Shown here: positions 39,745-51,974 of the stretch, piece by piece | How the letters are laid out: each line of letters begins with the position of its first letter | Position numbering within the stretch: the first letter of the stretch is position 1 | From: Eledone cirrhosa | Lineage: Eukaryota | DNA: 64,000 nucleotides | NCBI GenBank assembly: GCA_964016885.1 | Contig: OZ024740.1 | Location: 228,036,001 to 228,100,000, forward strand | Reading direction: 5' to 3' | Notes under the pieces: generated by a model | The model's database searches: none | Seen by the model: the letters and a program-made list of their open reading frames with translations, nothing else | Told to the model about the DNA's origin: nothing | Program-made: the position numbers and the translations under genes

Positions 39745-40971
39745 TTCTTTATATATATATTGGAGGAGTCGCATCAACCCTGGCCTCTCATCGGGCACTA
39801 GGCCAGTGTTGAAGTGGCTCCCCCACTCTACAGTGGTGGCCGATACTAGACCCCGAAACCTGAGGTCGTGCATACATGTTAAGTGTATAAAATTTTAAAC
39901 ATACTAAATAAGCTCTCTTGCAATAGATTGAGCATTATTTCCCTTGACCTTTTATCTACAGATATCCTGTATACACACACACACATATGTGTGTGTATGA
40001 AGGCCCTTAGCCTTGTGGTTAGGGTGTTGAAATTACGATCTTAGTGTCGTCGTGGGTTCGATTGTTGCACCGGGTTGTGTGTAGTGTTCTTGAGTAAAAC
40101 GAAATTTCCTGTTGCACCAGTATACTTATCTAAATCTGAGTACCAGCAGTAGCTGGCATTTAATTCTGCAACGTTGTCTTGTACTCTCAGTTGCTCTCTT
40201 TCTCCTCTAACCCCTCTCTCTCTTTTTTACAAACATAATTAGTGGCACCGATCAACGAGAAGCAGCAACCAAATATCTTTCTTTCCTACAATGCCATACC
40301 ATGAAGTAAGCACACATTGAATAATGTGATCCTAGATGTACAGTCTATAAATATGACAATTATGACTACGATATTATTGATTTGTGCATTCAGAGCTCAA
40401 CTGTAACAAAGCAGTAGAAGCAATATTCTGTGAAAACAATAAGGGAGATATAAGCAATCACTGGATGAGCAAAGTGACCTTGATTTAACCTTAAGTAAAT
40501 GCTGTAACAGCGTCATGAAAAGGAAGGTATACATTGCATAATTTATTCCGTGAAAGAGATACGCAATGTTGAATGACGGATGGAATGGGGATGGCGAAAA
40601 TGTATTTGATTATGATATGATGTTAGATTCTCCAGTGGTTTCGAAGATGTGTATTTTTATGTTCAACCAATTAAAAATCAAGATGTAAGTGACTGAATAT
40701 TCCAGACACCTGTATCTATAACATATTTTTCTGGGAGATGTCACGAACTCTGACAAAACTGCACCTTTGACGGCCTTTAACGTAATTTCCATCTATTCAT
40801 GTTCACTCACGGCCTTGGATCGATATGAAGCTATAATAAAAGGATACTTGCTCAAGATGTCTCGCAGTGAGCTAGAATCACGGAGCCCGTGATTATAAAG
40901 TGAAATCCTTAATCACTCAGCTATGTTTGCGTCCGCTGTTGATTTTAGGTTTGACTAGTCAGGACTAGTGT

Positions 40972-41270
40972 GGAGGCGCGTGACCAAGTGGTAAGGGTGT
41001 TGGACTTACGATCATAATATCGTGGGTTCGATAATCGGCCGGGTTGTGTGTTGTGTTTTTGAGCAAAACACTTCATTTCACTCTGTTTCGGTATACTCAA
41101 TTGAAAATGAGTATCAGCAATAGCTGGGGGTTTAACTATGCGACGGACTGCCATCATGTCCAGGGGAAAGTTTGTACTTTCAGTCGCTTTACGTCACGAC
41201 ACCGGGGTATGCACCGGTGTAACGAGCCTCCTGGTTTGTGACAGACTTTAGACTAGATTAGAGTCAGGAC
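40972..41270 (+). mobile_element. tRNA-headed SINE, second family
   Basis: ggaggcgcgtgaccaagtggtaagggtgttggac..gggttcgat A/B boxes; body ttgagcaaaacacttcatttcac; degenerate copy at 39998-40170. Confidence 0.8.
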
Positions 41271-41427
41271 CAACCTATCGATAAATACAGACATTTCTTG
41301 TAAAGACTTCGGAGTCACCTCCCTTATTTCAAATTCCATTTTCCTGTTTTCTTTTGTCCTTTCTTATTTAATTCCTAATTTATTACACGGAGCAAGAATA
41401 TCTTATAGCAAAAAGACTTTTTTCTTT

Positions 41428-41486
<59 letters not shown>

Positions 41487-41653
41487 CCTCTCTCTCTCTA
41501 TATATATATATATGAGAAAATGAGGGTTTTTTTTAAATGAAAAAAAAAACGAGATGTCCTACACGAGTGAAAGTATAAGGAAAAAAAGATGAAATCGAAA
41601 ATGCAACAGGACCCTTTTTAAAAAAAAAAATATGAAAAAAATATGAAAAATAT

Positions 41654-41893
41654 GAAAAAAAGATGAAATCGAAAATGCAACTGGAGTCTTTTTAAGAATA
41701 TTTATTTGGTTCCTTTACCGGTTTCACAGTTCTTATGCTTTTCAAAAGTAGAATTGAGGGCTTGTGGTTTTTCTCACAGAAATGCGAGAATAACCACAAA
41801 CCCTCAATTCTACTTTTGAAAAGCATAAGAACTGTGAAACCAAATAAATATTCTTAAAAAGACTCCAGTTGCATTTTCGATTTCATCTTTTTT

Positions 41894-41894
<1 letters not shown>
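41654..41894. repeat. Fold-back inverted repeat (about 115-bp arms, about 10-nt loop) of a Penelope-LTR-like repeat
   Basis: gatgaaatcgaaaatgcaactggagtc..gaggg..gtggtt / aaccac..ccctc..gactccagttgcattttcgatttcatc; monomer also at 57760-57955. Confidence 0.9.
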
Positions 41895-41966
<72 letters not shown>

Positions 41967-41989
41967 CTCGTATATATATATATTCCGGA

Positions 41990-44900
41990 TTTATGGCAAT
42001 AAAAATAAAAACACCGTTTTTAAATATAACTAATCAATATATTTCAATGAAACCTTATACACAGTTAGGCACATATATCAGGTATAAAAATCATTCGATG
42101 TGGCCACCACTTTATCCAGGTAGGATCTGAAGCGTCGTCCCTGCCCATGTTGAACATGGAGTCCCTGATGGCTGCCTTGAGAACCTGTTTTGTGTTGTAG
42201 GACCTGCTGTTGATCTCCCACTCCAAGTCAGCTCACATAAAATAGTCGAGAGGTTTACAGTCAGGTGATGAGGTGTGTGTGTGTGTGTTGGGGGTGGGGT
42301 GGCATACGTCGGGCTACCTGTGGTACGGCACGTTGGTGAAGAGCCAGGCTTGGGTGGCTCTGGACTTTTGAGCTTCTTGTGCATATAAGATTTATAATTC
42401 AAGTCCTCTTTGACAATACGCCCAATTGTTCGACTGCTAGTGCTTATTTCCTTGGCAATTTTTTCCTGCTTTTGCTGGGGTTCTCCTTGACAATCTTGAC
42501 AATGTCGGAAAATTTGATTTGTGATCCTTCAGGGTAAAATGGGGAGAAATAGGGTCCAGAGGTTCGGTCCGGTCCAGGATGTTGACATCAGATGTGATTT
42601 TAAACCCAGCATCGTTGATTTCATTGATGACGCGCCGATTAGTTTTACGGTAATCCTTAGTTACAGCATTATGTAGTAGTTGATGGTAAGTACTGCGCTC
42701 CACTTGATATAGGTTGCCAGTTTTGTCGGAATGGACGTGCACGGCGTTAGTATCCTTAATAGAACGAATTCTATTCTTCAGGTCTTGCTGGAAGGAATTG
42801 CTCCTATTCCGAAATTTGATACTCCGAATGAGTTCCAAGACATCATTTTCGAAGGGTAGCAATGCTGGGTTCCACGGGGGATTATTATAGGTTTTAAATC
42901 CAAATTTATCCTGTTTGTTGTCTGCTTTTCGCGGATTATCGAAATAAAAGGCACGCCAACGCAACCTTTTAATGAACGCGTCTGTTTTCTGTATCAGGAG
43001 TTTTAGGTATGTTTTCCTGCTTGGTACGGGTATGTTCTTTGTAGAAATATTCAGATGTTGTTTCTGCATGATGAATATAAGTCAGTAGAGTGCTCAACCG
43101 AGGGAGCCAAATAGTAATAATAATAAATTTGAAGACTAAAATCCAAAGAGGGCTCGATAAGGATAAATATATATCAAATATATAAAAACCGTAGAGCAAA
43201 TATTTATTAAAATAACAGATTAAAGTTTAAGCAAAGAATCGCTGCTTTCACCCTTAACGGGATCTTCTGAAACTAGCAATGTCAATCTGTAAACGCAGAA
43301 CTGGATATTTCAAAAAACGTTGCAACCGGAGGAAGACAGGAAGACGATACTTTGATTCGTGGAAACGTTCGCTGGCAAAGAACGGGAAAAAACGAATAAG
43401 ATACGTCATTAATAGGAGCGGTGAAAAACAATTACGCGCAAAGACAGAACCACGTTTATGGCATAAAAGAGGTCGTAGACTAATGTTCTCTTAGGTGGTG
43501 CATAGAGACGTTCTCTGGCAATGAACGAAAAAACGAAGATAATACGTCATATGTGGAGCGTGGAGAACAATAGCACGCAAAGACAAAACCACGTAAATGG
43601 TATAGCAGAAGTCGTAGACTAAAATTCTAACTAGGAGACCAAATGAATCTCCACTACAGAGTTAAGAACAAAGTAAATAAATACAATACAGAAGTAATAG
43701 AAATAAAGAAATACATACACGCAAACAAATACGTACATACACAAGCATACGCAAAACCTTACCATAGGTATATAAAACCACGCACATATAAATATGTGTG
43801 TGTATGCGTGTATACAAATAAATAAATAATTATATAAACGTATATAAATAAATACGTATATAACAAGCGCACACACATACCCACATATAAATACACGAAT
43901 GTTCGGAGACGTAAGTCAACTAAAACATGAAGTACACATACACACACACCCACCATACGTACGAACCAGCATACTCACACAGACGCAAAACTCCCGTATA
44001 CACATAGCCAAACCCTATGTACCAGAATATAAGATTATACACCAATCAAATATACGTACGAGAAGGTATACGTACCTTCACAAAACATACGAGTAATATA
44101 TACTTACCTATGCAAATAAGTAAAGGAATAAACAAAACATATACTTAGCTCCCACATCAGTACGTAAAATATGCACGTATAGATCGTACTATCCGTTAGG
44201 GTATAACGTGGGGCTGTAATACAGGAAAGTTTTGTGCAATTTATGTTTACAAGCCGAAAGTGCCTCAGATTTTTTGTTTAAGATGTGGTCTGTGGCGTAG
44301 AGTATTTCCAGGGCCTCAGCGGCGCAGAGGTCACATGGTCTTTTATTTCCGTTATACGATCTAGCCCTAGCTAGGATCTCCCAGTGTAACTTATATTGGG
44401 TGTGGTTGTCTTTTAGACTCCAGATATAAGCTGAAAGTGATGTCATATTCCTTCTTAGAGGGTAACGAAAAGAATGGGTATGCATGTAAAGACGCTGCTT
44501 GAAACTATTGGCGGTTAACCCTATGTAGGCCCTACGGGACGTGGGTGTTACAACCTTACATTTGTAGACAATGTTACTTGAGAGGCATTTCCCGGATAGG
44601 GGGCAATCAGCCCGATTCCTACAATTACAGTTAGTACTAACTACAGGGTTGCACGTGTTCCTACGGCTAGGTAGTTTAGCTAAATTTGAAGCTGTGATGT
44701 TATGTGCAAGGTTAGGAGTCGTAGAGTAAGAAATTTTAATAGTATTTCTATTAAAAATTTTACTATATTTATGTGTAAGGGGAAAATGCTTCGCAATAAG
44801 GGAAAGAAAGATCTTAGCTAATGGTGTGGCCACCTCCATATTATATGGTGGGTTATACCAACAAATGCGACGGGATCTATTTCTTCTAGGTCTATTTTCG

Positions 44901-45400
44901 TACTCAGTATATGCTACCTTATCAACAAATCCACTTCGAGCAAGAGCTTCATTGTAATAAGTGGAATGGTCGTTGAAAATACGCTCGTTGGTGGAAAGAC
45001 GGGAAAGCCTTAACGAAACGTTTCTTACCAGGTTCTTGGTTATGCTGGCAGGATGGTTGGAATGCTTACTTATGTAATTAAGCGTATCATTCGGCTTTCT
45101 ATACGGGTAATACAACCCATTCAATAAATTGAGGGTAACGTCGAGGTAATTAACGACCGAGAGATTGGCCTCAACCTGTATAGAGAGGTTGAAGCCTTTA
45201 AAGAAGGCTGTGAGTTCTTTTCTGAACCTGTCGCAAGCACGAGGTCCGCACTTAGTCATGGTCAAAAGACCATCGTCACGGTACAAACCACCGCCCGCGT
45301 TGGGGAATTCGTCCTTGATAGAGAAAAGAAGGAAAAGGCCAATAAGATCAGTAACCTCCGCAAAGTCACTGGCGCCCATACTCACGTATTGTAAATATCT
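41990..45400 (-). mobile_element. Penelope-like element (Naiad-like) in permuted partial-tandem layout
   Basis: ORF 44189-45400 (MGASDFAEVTDLIGLFLL, GLYRDDGL, NYLDV, SNHP, WYNPPY, CNC..CPLSGKC, IVYKC..YIGLT..R..H, CDLC..E..LNKKSE..CKH), then spacer/pLTR 43070-44188, then N-terminal ORF 42437-43069 (ISTKNIPVPS, IKRLRWRAF, SDKTGNLY, TLKDHK). Confidence 0.9.
43360..43635. repeat. Diverged direct duplication of about 135 bp inside the Penelope pLTR
   Basis: acgttc(g/t)ctggcaa..atacgtcat..ggagcg..gcaaagaca(g/a)aaccacgt..gtcgtagactaa..tagg occurs twice. Confidence 0.8.
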
Positions 45401-45469
45401 GCTTTTCTCTCCAACATAATTTTCCTTCTCCTTCACTCCCCCTCGTTTCATTTCGCCCTTTCACGTCAT

Positions 45470-45611
<142 letters not shown>

Positions 45612-46185
45612 ATGTATTTATCTTCCTACCCAAATACCCATTCAACTTTCGGCTTCTTCCTCATTTCTTTATTCTCACCTGAAGAGCAAGAACCACGAAA
45701 TATTACTAACATTTTTGAAAAGCTACAAATATTTTATGGCCGAATATAGAGGTTTTTAAAACAGCACCACTGGTTAAATTTCATAAATTCAGTTGTACAG
45801 GTATTTGTAGATCCTTGTGATAAAAAGAATTGAAGCTGTGAACGTACAATCAGTGTTGCTTACAGAAAATGTGGAGAAGATAGCTTAAATGTTCACCAAA
45901 GGCAATAGATATGAATATTAAATTAATATATCAACGTGAAGTCCATAGATACTTTTAAGGTCTCAGGTATGAAGATATATATATTACAATATTTTGGGGG
46001 GGTGAATGTTGATACCTAAGGTTATATTAACACATCAAAATGTCGTCAACAGTTCACTTTGATCATCCTTGATGGACCTACATGCGATCTTGAGTATAAA
46101 TTCTTGATTACTGTATGTATGTATGTATGTATGTATGTATGTATGTATGTATGTATGTATGTATGTATGTATGTATGTATGTATG

Positions 46186-46642
46186 TCAAAGGGCAAAGGA
46201 GCTCTTAAGAGTCAATGGCCATCCAAAATCACCGGGAGAGATGACCCCTTAGCCTTTGTCAAGGCAGAATTCTAGGAGAAGGAAAACTCTGATATAACAC
46301 CTGCAGCTCTGATGGTATCCAATGATGTTGACTTGTTCTTCTTTTTGGTAAATATCATCTTGGTCAAGAGAGTGGGACTGGCTTTGTGCAGTGCCTTTGC
46401 TCACTATAAAAGCTTCACGGCACAGGCATTGCTTTATATCTGGAGATTCCTCTGCACTTGTCGTTACATGGTACCATGGGCCCAGCACTATGTGTCAATA
46501 ATTGTCACAAGTGCAGTGTTTGTACCAGAGTTTTCAAGTCGCTGGCTGGACTAAAAAGTCACACTTGTTTAGCGCATTGGTAGGGGTTCTCCTACATGGA
46601 TATAAAGTAGTGGCCGTACTCGAAAACGAGTTGGCAGCCACC
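46186..46642 (+). mobile_element. Bipartite RTE-derived non-autonomous element, copy A (5'-truncated), (ATGT)n tail
   Basis: RTE-type 5'UTR motif ctaggagaaggaaaactctg joined to C2H2-like CHKCSVCTRVFKSLAGLKSH and 3'UTR gtactcgaaaacgagttggcagccacc. Confidence 0.85.
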
Positions 46643-46747
46643 ATGTATGTATGTATGTATGTATGTATGTATGTATGTATGTATGTATGTATGTATGTAT
46701 GTATGTATGTATGTATGTATGTATATGTATATATGTATAAATATATG

Positions 46748-46778
<31 letters not shown>

Positions 46779-46856
46779 ATATGTATGTATGTATGTATAT
46801 ATGTATGTATATATGTGTATACATACATATATACATATATACATATATACATATTA

Positions 46857-47448
46857 TGTCAGGTCACCACTTGGTGCTACTGGTAACATGTATTCCAGTA
46901 CAACCTGTCTCATGGTCGGGTCGTTGGCGACTAAACTGGCAACCCCACCAAGGTTTCTTGGTGAGGAGGGTGACTTTGGACATCCTGCAGGACTAAAAAC
47001 AAAACCTGTCAAAGAGCAAAGGACCTCTTAAGAGTCAATGGCCATCCAAAATCACCGGGAGAGATGACCCCTTAGCCTTTGTCAAGGCAGAATTCTAGGA
47101 GAAGGAAAACACCTGCAACCCTGATGGTATCCAATGATGTTGACTTGTTCTTCTTTTTGGTAAATTCATCTTGGTCAAGAGAGTGGGACTAGCTTTGTGC
47201 AGTGCCTTTGCTCACTATAAAAGCTTCACGGCACAGGCTTTGCTTTACATCTGGAGATCTCTCTGCACTTGTCGTCACATGGTACCATGGGCACTATGTG
47301 TCAATAATTGTCACATGTGTAGTGTTTGTAACAGAGTTTTCAAGTCGCTGGCTGGACTAAAACGTCACACTCGTTCAGCGCATCGGTAGGGGTTCTCCTG
47401 CATGGATATAAAGTAGTGGCCGTACTCGAAAACGAGTTGGCAACCACC
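46857..47448 (+). mobile_element. Bipartite RTE-derived element, copy B (longest 5' end)
   Basis: Highly similar to copy A with about 150 extra 5' bases; ends CHMCSVCNRVFKSLAGLKRHTRSAHR* then (ATGT)n. Confidence 0.85.
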
Positions 47449-47469
47449 ATGTATGTATGCATGTACGTA

Positions 47470-47569
<100 letters not shown>

Positions 47570-48009
47570 CGCGCGCGTGTGTATGTATGTATGTATGTAT
47601 GTATGTATGTATGTTGAGGGAGCTTATAGATAGGACAACACACTCTGTCTTTTCGTGGGGTAAGTTTTTAATTAATTTTTGTATTCTGAAACATCAAAAT
47701 ACAACAATTTTTGGTCACTGGACTCGGGAATGTCACGACAGAAGTTTGTGGAAGTTACACAAATATTTTAGTATATTTTACCAGAGCAATCCTTATTTAT
47801 ATTTTACATTTTACATTTACTTACATCTCAATATAACATGGCTAAAATTCAAATTTTGCAAAGAGAAGAAAACGGACAAATGAACTAGATACATCTCACT
47901 GTCCCCCGCCAACACAATAACGTCTACACTCTCTCCCCACCATCACATGTCATTACCCTATCTTGACTAAAGTCATCGACCTGTTGACAAACTCTCTATT
48001 CTGTGTTGA

Positions 48010-48050
<41 letters not shown>

Positions 48051-48160
48051 TGTAATAAACAACATAAGGCAATTATTCCATTTACCAGTGGTTTCTTAAA
48101 AGCAAAAAAATTTGCTTTCAATCCTCAGAATGAAAAAATCCTGGTCTGTTTATTGAAAAA

Positions 48161-48584
48161 ATCATATTAAAAGAAAATTAAAACAAAATTAAAGTTAAAA
48201 TACAACATCGGCAGTTTACGAAGATAATGCAAGAGGATAGTTTGAAGTGGTTAGTGTATGCAATAGTTACACGTGGGGCATGCACGTGTGTCTTATTTAT
48301 ATAATATTAAATATTTCTCTGCACACAAGCTTCTTTATCATACATAAAAAATACTTTACCAATACAACCCCCATAATACTCTTGATTGCCCGCTTAAAGT
48401 GCTTGTATTGCATATAACACCTTGCCGCACAATAATCTTATATAAATAAGACAAACGTGCATGCCCCACGTGTAACTATTGCATACACTAACCACTTCAA
48501 ACTATCCTCTTGCATTATCTTCGTAAACTGCCGATGTTGTATTTTAATTTTAATTTTGTTTTAATTTTCTTTTAATATGATTTT
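48161..48584. repeat. Inverted repeat, about 145-bp near-identical arms, about 125-bp spacer
   Basis: atacaacatcggcagtttacgaagataatgcaagaggatag..cacgtggggcatgcacg / cgtgcatgccccacgtg..ctatcctcttgcattatcttcgtaaactgccgatgttgtat. Confidence 0.92.
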
Positions 48585-48716
48585 AACTTTTGAATGTAAA
48601 TTACCATGCTAAAATATTATAATGGATGTCACCCCATTGTGCATCGATATATACATATGTTTCTGTATGTCTCTTGTGTTGGAAAGGAGGTCATGTATGT
48701 AAACAATCATTGAAAA

Positions 48717-48768
48717 ATTGCTCCGAAGACTCCAAACCTCGGTTTGGACGAAACAATTGTAAGCTAAT
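48717..48768 (+). ncRNA. Minimal hammerhead motif (U4C variant)
   Basis: attgct-CCGAAGA-C TCCAAACC tc GGTTTGGA C-GAAA-CAATTG-TA-agctaat. Confidence 0.6.
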
Positions 48769-49353
48769 AAATGGCTTGAACAGAACTTTGATTCATATAA
48801 TTTCTATATATATATATATGTATGTATATGTATGTATATGTGTGTATATACATCACTCAGTCAAACGACCAGATTTCAACCCCAACATCTACAACAACAA
48901 CACCGGCACTAATGTTTACAGCAACGATTAAAAAAACAAAAAGAAAACACCACAAACAAACAAAAAAACTCAAAATAACAAAACATACACACACACGCAC
49001 ACAACACAACAACAACATCAACTGCCACCACCACCACCACCACCACCACCACCACCACCACCGCCGTCATCACCATCACCAGCGACCGGGCCTTAAGAAG
49101 AAGAAAACAACTTTTGGCACGGATCCAGCGACTGGTCTAGCGCATTACTGGTACTCTCTTTTGTTGACTCCGTGGGAATGAAGGGCAGGGTTGACCTCGG
49201 CGGGATTTGACCTCAGAGCGTGGAGAGCCATAGCCCTATGCTGTAAAGCAATTATAATAATACTGGACTGTAATACGAACGGCTTCAACTATACAAACTC
49301 TTGAAAGTCAACAGTTGACATAATCTTGTAATCTTGTATCAGTAATGACGGTA

Positions 49354-49385
<32 letters not shown>

Positions 49386-49559
49386 AAGTGAGTAGCGTGT
49401 GTGTATTTGTTTGTATATATGAGTGTTGCTGTGTGCGCGCGTATGTATGCGTGTGTGTGCGCGCATATGTATGCGCGTGTGTGTATGTCGTACGTATAAG
49501 TGTCAATAAGTGAGTTTTTTATTTTTATTTTTATTTTTTTTTTGCACGGGGACATAGAA

Positions 49560-50147
49560 ATAATCGGGCTGGATGCCCGATCGCGCAGTTAAACCACTGG
49601 GAGTGAAGAACCCCTAACCCTTGTCAAGGCATTCTTCTAGGAGAAGGCATCTCAGGAAACTGGGTTAACTCCGACATAAAACCTACGGCTCAGTAGTTAC
49701 CGATGATGCTGATCTTTTCTTCTTTTCGGGTTATAGCTACTGTCGCTCAGAGTGTGGGATTGGCTCAGTGCACAGTCTTTCCTCACTTTAAAAATATTCG
49801 TCACGCACAGGCATTGTACGAGTTCATTAATAATTATTAATAGTGTATTATTATTAGTATTATTATTATTGTTATTATTGTTACTATTATTCATGTATGT
49901 ATGTATGCGGCTTCGGAAGCATCTGATGATGTTGACCAGTTCTCCTTTTCAGGTAGTGTTTTCGATGCTCAGAGAGTGGGATTGGTCGAGTGCAAGGCCT
50001 TTCCCCACTTAAAAAACCTTCAAAGCACAGGCATTGCTTGTTCAGGATATGTTATATGTTTGTGTGGCTGGCCGTAGCCTAAAAGTGCACCAAACTCTAT
50101 AATCTGACAAGTGATTGCAGTACTCTTAGCAGTGTTTGCAGCCATCA
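49560..50147 (+). mobile_element. Two diverged relatives of the bipartite RTE-derived family
   Basis: Shared ccttgtcaaggca..ctaggagaagg (first copy), gatgatg(c/t)tga, agtggga..cact.taaaa..gcacaggcattg; second ends gcagccatc(ATGT)n. Confidence 0.7.
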
Positions 50148-50222
50148 TGTATGTATGTATGTATGTATGTATGTATGTATGTATGTATGTATGTATGTAT
50201 GTATGTATGTATGTATGTATGG

Positions 50223-50544
50223 ATGGATGTTGACTTGTTCTTCTTTTTGGTAAATATCATCTTGGTTAAGAGAGTGGGACTGGCTTTGTGCAGTGCCTTT
50301 GCTCACTATAAAAGCTTCACGGCACAGGCATTACTTTATATCTGGAGATCTCTCTGCACTTGTCGTCACATGGTACCAAGGGCCCAGCACTATGTATCAG
50401 TAATTGTCACAAGTGTAGTGTTTGTACCAGAGTTTTCAAGTCGCTGGCTGGACTAAAAAGTCACACTCGTTCAGCGCATCGATAGGGGTTCTCCTACATG
50501 GATATAAAGTAGTGGCCATACTCGAAAACGAGTTGGCAGCCACC
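50223..50544 (+). mobile_element. Bipartite RTE-derived element, copy C (5'-truncated)
   Basis: Near-identical to the 3' part of copy A; between (ATGT)n tracts. Confidence 0.85.
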
Positions 50545-50612
50545 ATGTATGTATGTATGTATGTATGTATGTATGTATGTATGTATGTATGTATGTATGT
50601 ATGTATGTATGT

Positions 50613-51691
50613 TATCTCTTTCTCTTAATTTCGAGTATATTTTTTTGACCGGCCACCTTCCTGGTGGCAAGGTTGTAAAAGAAAAGAAATTGTCATCCCT
50701 TGAATCGCAAGAATGTTTTGCAAATTTTGAAGGTGCCAGCTATCGCAGCCATTTGTAGACTATTAATTAGGGAGCTGCGCTCTTTGTCCACAAATCCAAG
50801 TTCAGTCATACTTTGGTCCAAACGGGTTGGTATATAACCCGTAGCTCCAATAATGATGGGTATGAAGCTAAAGGTGTATCTTGGATACTGGATTTGTAAA
50901 CTCCTCATCAATGGTCCGTAGATGGCGTCCTTCTCCTATATTTTTCTGACAACGTTTACATCAAGTGGACAGCTGATCTCCACAACAGAACACGTTTTCA
51001 ATGTGTGGTCCCAAACAACAATATCAGGCCGATTGTGCTTTAAATTGGTGGCAGTTTTTATTTTCAGGTTCCACCAGTATTCCTTAGTGCCATCTGTCTC
51101 AATATATGCCTCCTCGTTTGTTGTTAATTTTGTTTTCCGAAGTGCGTTCCAGATAGTTCTAGCTATCCCATCGTGTCTCATGGGGAGGTAGTAGCGAGAT
51201 GACATTCTTTCGCAGCTGGCAACAATGTGGCCTACATCCTCGATCTTTGTTTTACATAGCCTACATTTATTGTCAGCTGATGGCCCTCCACTTTTGTGCA
51301 GCAGATATTTGGTAGGGAGTTCTTGTTCCTGTATTGCATAGAGATATCCCTCAAGGTGTGATGTCATAAACTTGTCGGAACTCCATGACAGGCTTTTTGT
51401 GTGGTTTATCCCCTCTATGGTCTGTGTTTTACGTCTCAAGTATCCATGCACAACTTTTTCTGTAAATTGGTCAATTTTTTCATCTTGTTTGAACATTGAA
51501 TAGGATCTTCCGATTTCTCTGGGTGAGAGATTTATATCAGGCTTTATTCCATATCTCTCCTCCAGATCAGTCGCTATTCTAATGATATATTTTTTTCATG
51601 CTCATAAACCTGGGCAAGATGGTTGCCAACTTTTTTCCTCTGTTGAAGGTATTGCTTCAGTGTTACTATCCGGGTCTCATATATGATGTTA

Positions 51692-51692
<1 letters not shown>
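50613..51692 (-). mobile_element. 5'-truncated R4/Dong-clade non-LTR retrotransposon (CCHC + RLE domain)
   Basis: AIQEQELPT, CRLC..E.VGHIVASC, RHD, NRPDIVV, VVEISCP, single in-frame TAG at 50936-50938, YGPL, PIIIGATG; (ATGT)n on both sides. Confidence 0.85.
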
Positions 51693-51722
<30 letters not shown>

Positions 51723-51913
51723 TGTATGTATGTATGTATGTATGTATGTATGTATGTATGTATTATGTATGTATGTATGTATGTATGTATGTATGTATGT
51801 ATGTATGTATGTATGTATGTCCGACAGCCCCTAGAAGAGCCCATATTTTCAGGTTTGAACACAGTGAATTTCTTCCAGTGAAGGAGAGAGTGAAATAGAA
51901 AGGAAGTGAGAAA

Positions 51914-51974
<61 letters not shown>

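Noticed and set aside
40972-41045. tRNA gene
   Set aside because: A/B boxes are present but there is no closed cloverleaf, and it continues into a SINE body found in several copies
44189-45400. Selenoprotein-type recoding in the Naiad-like element
   Set aside because: No in-frame TGA in the ORF, it ends in TAG, and I could not identify a SECIS
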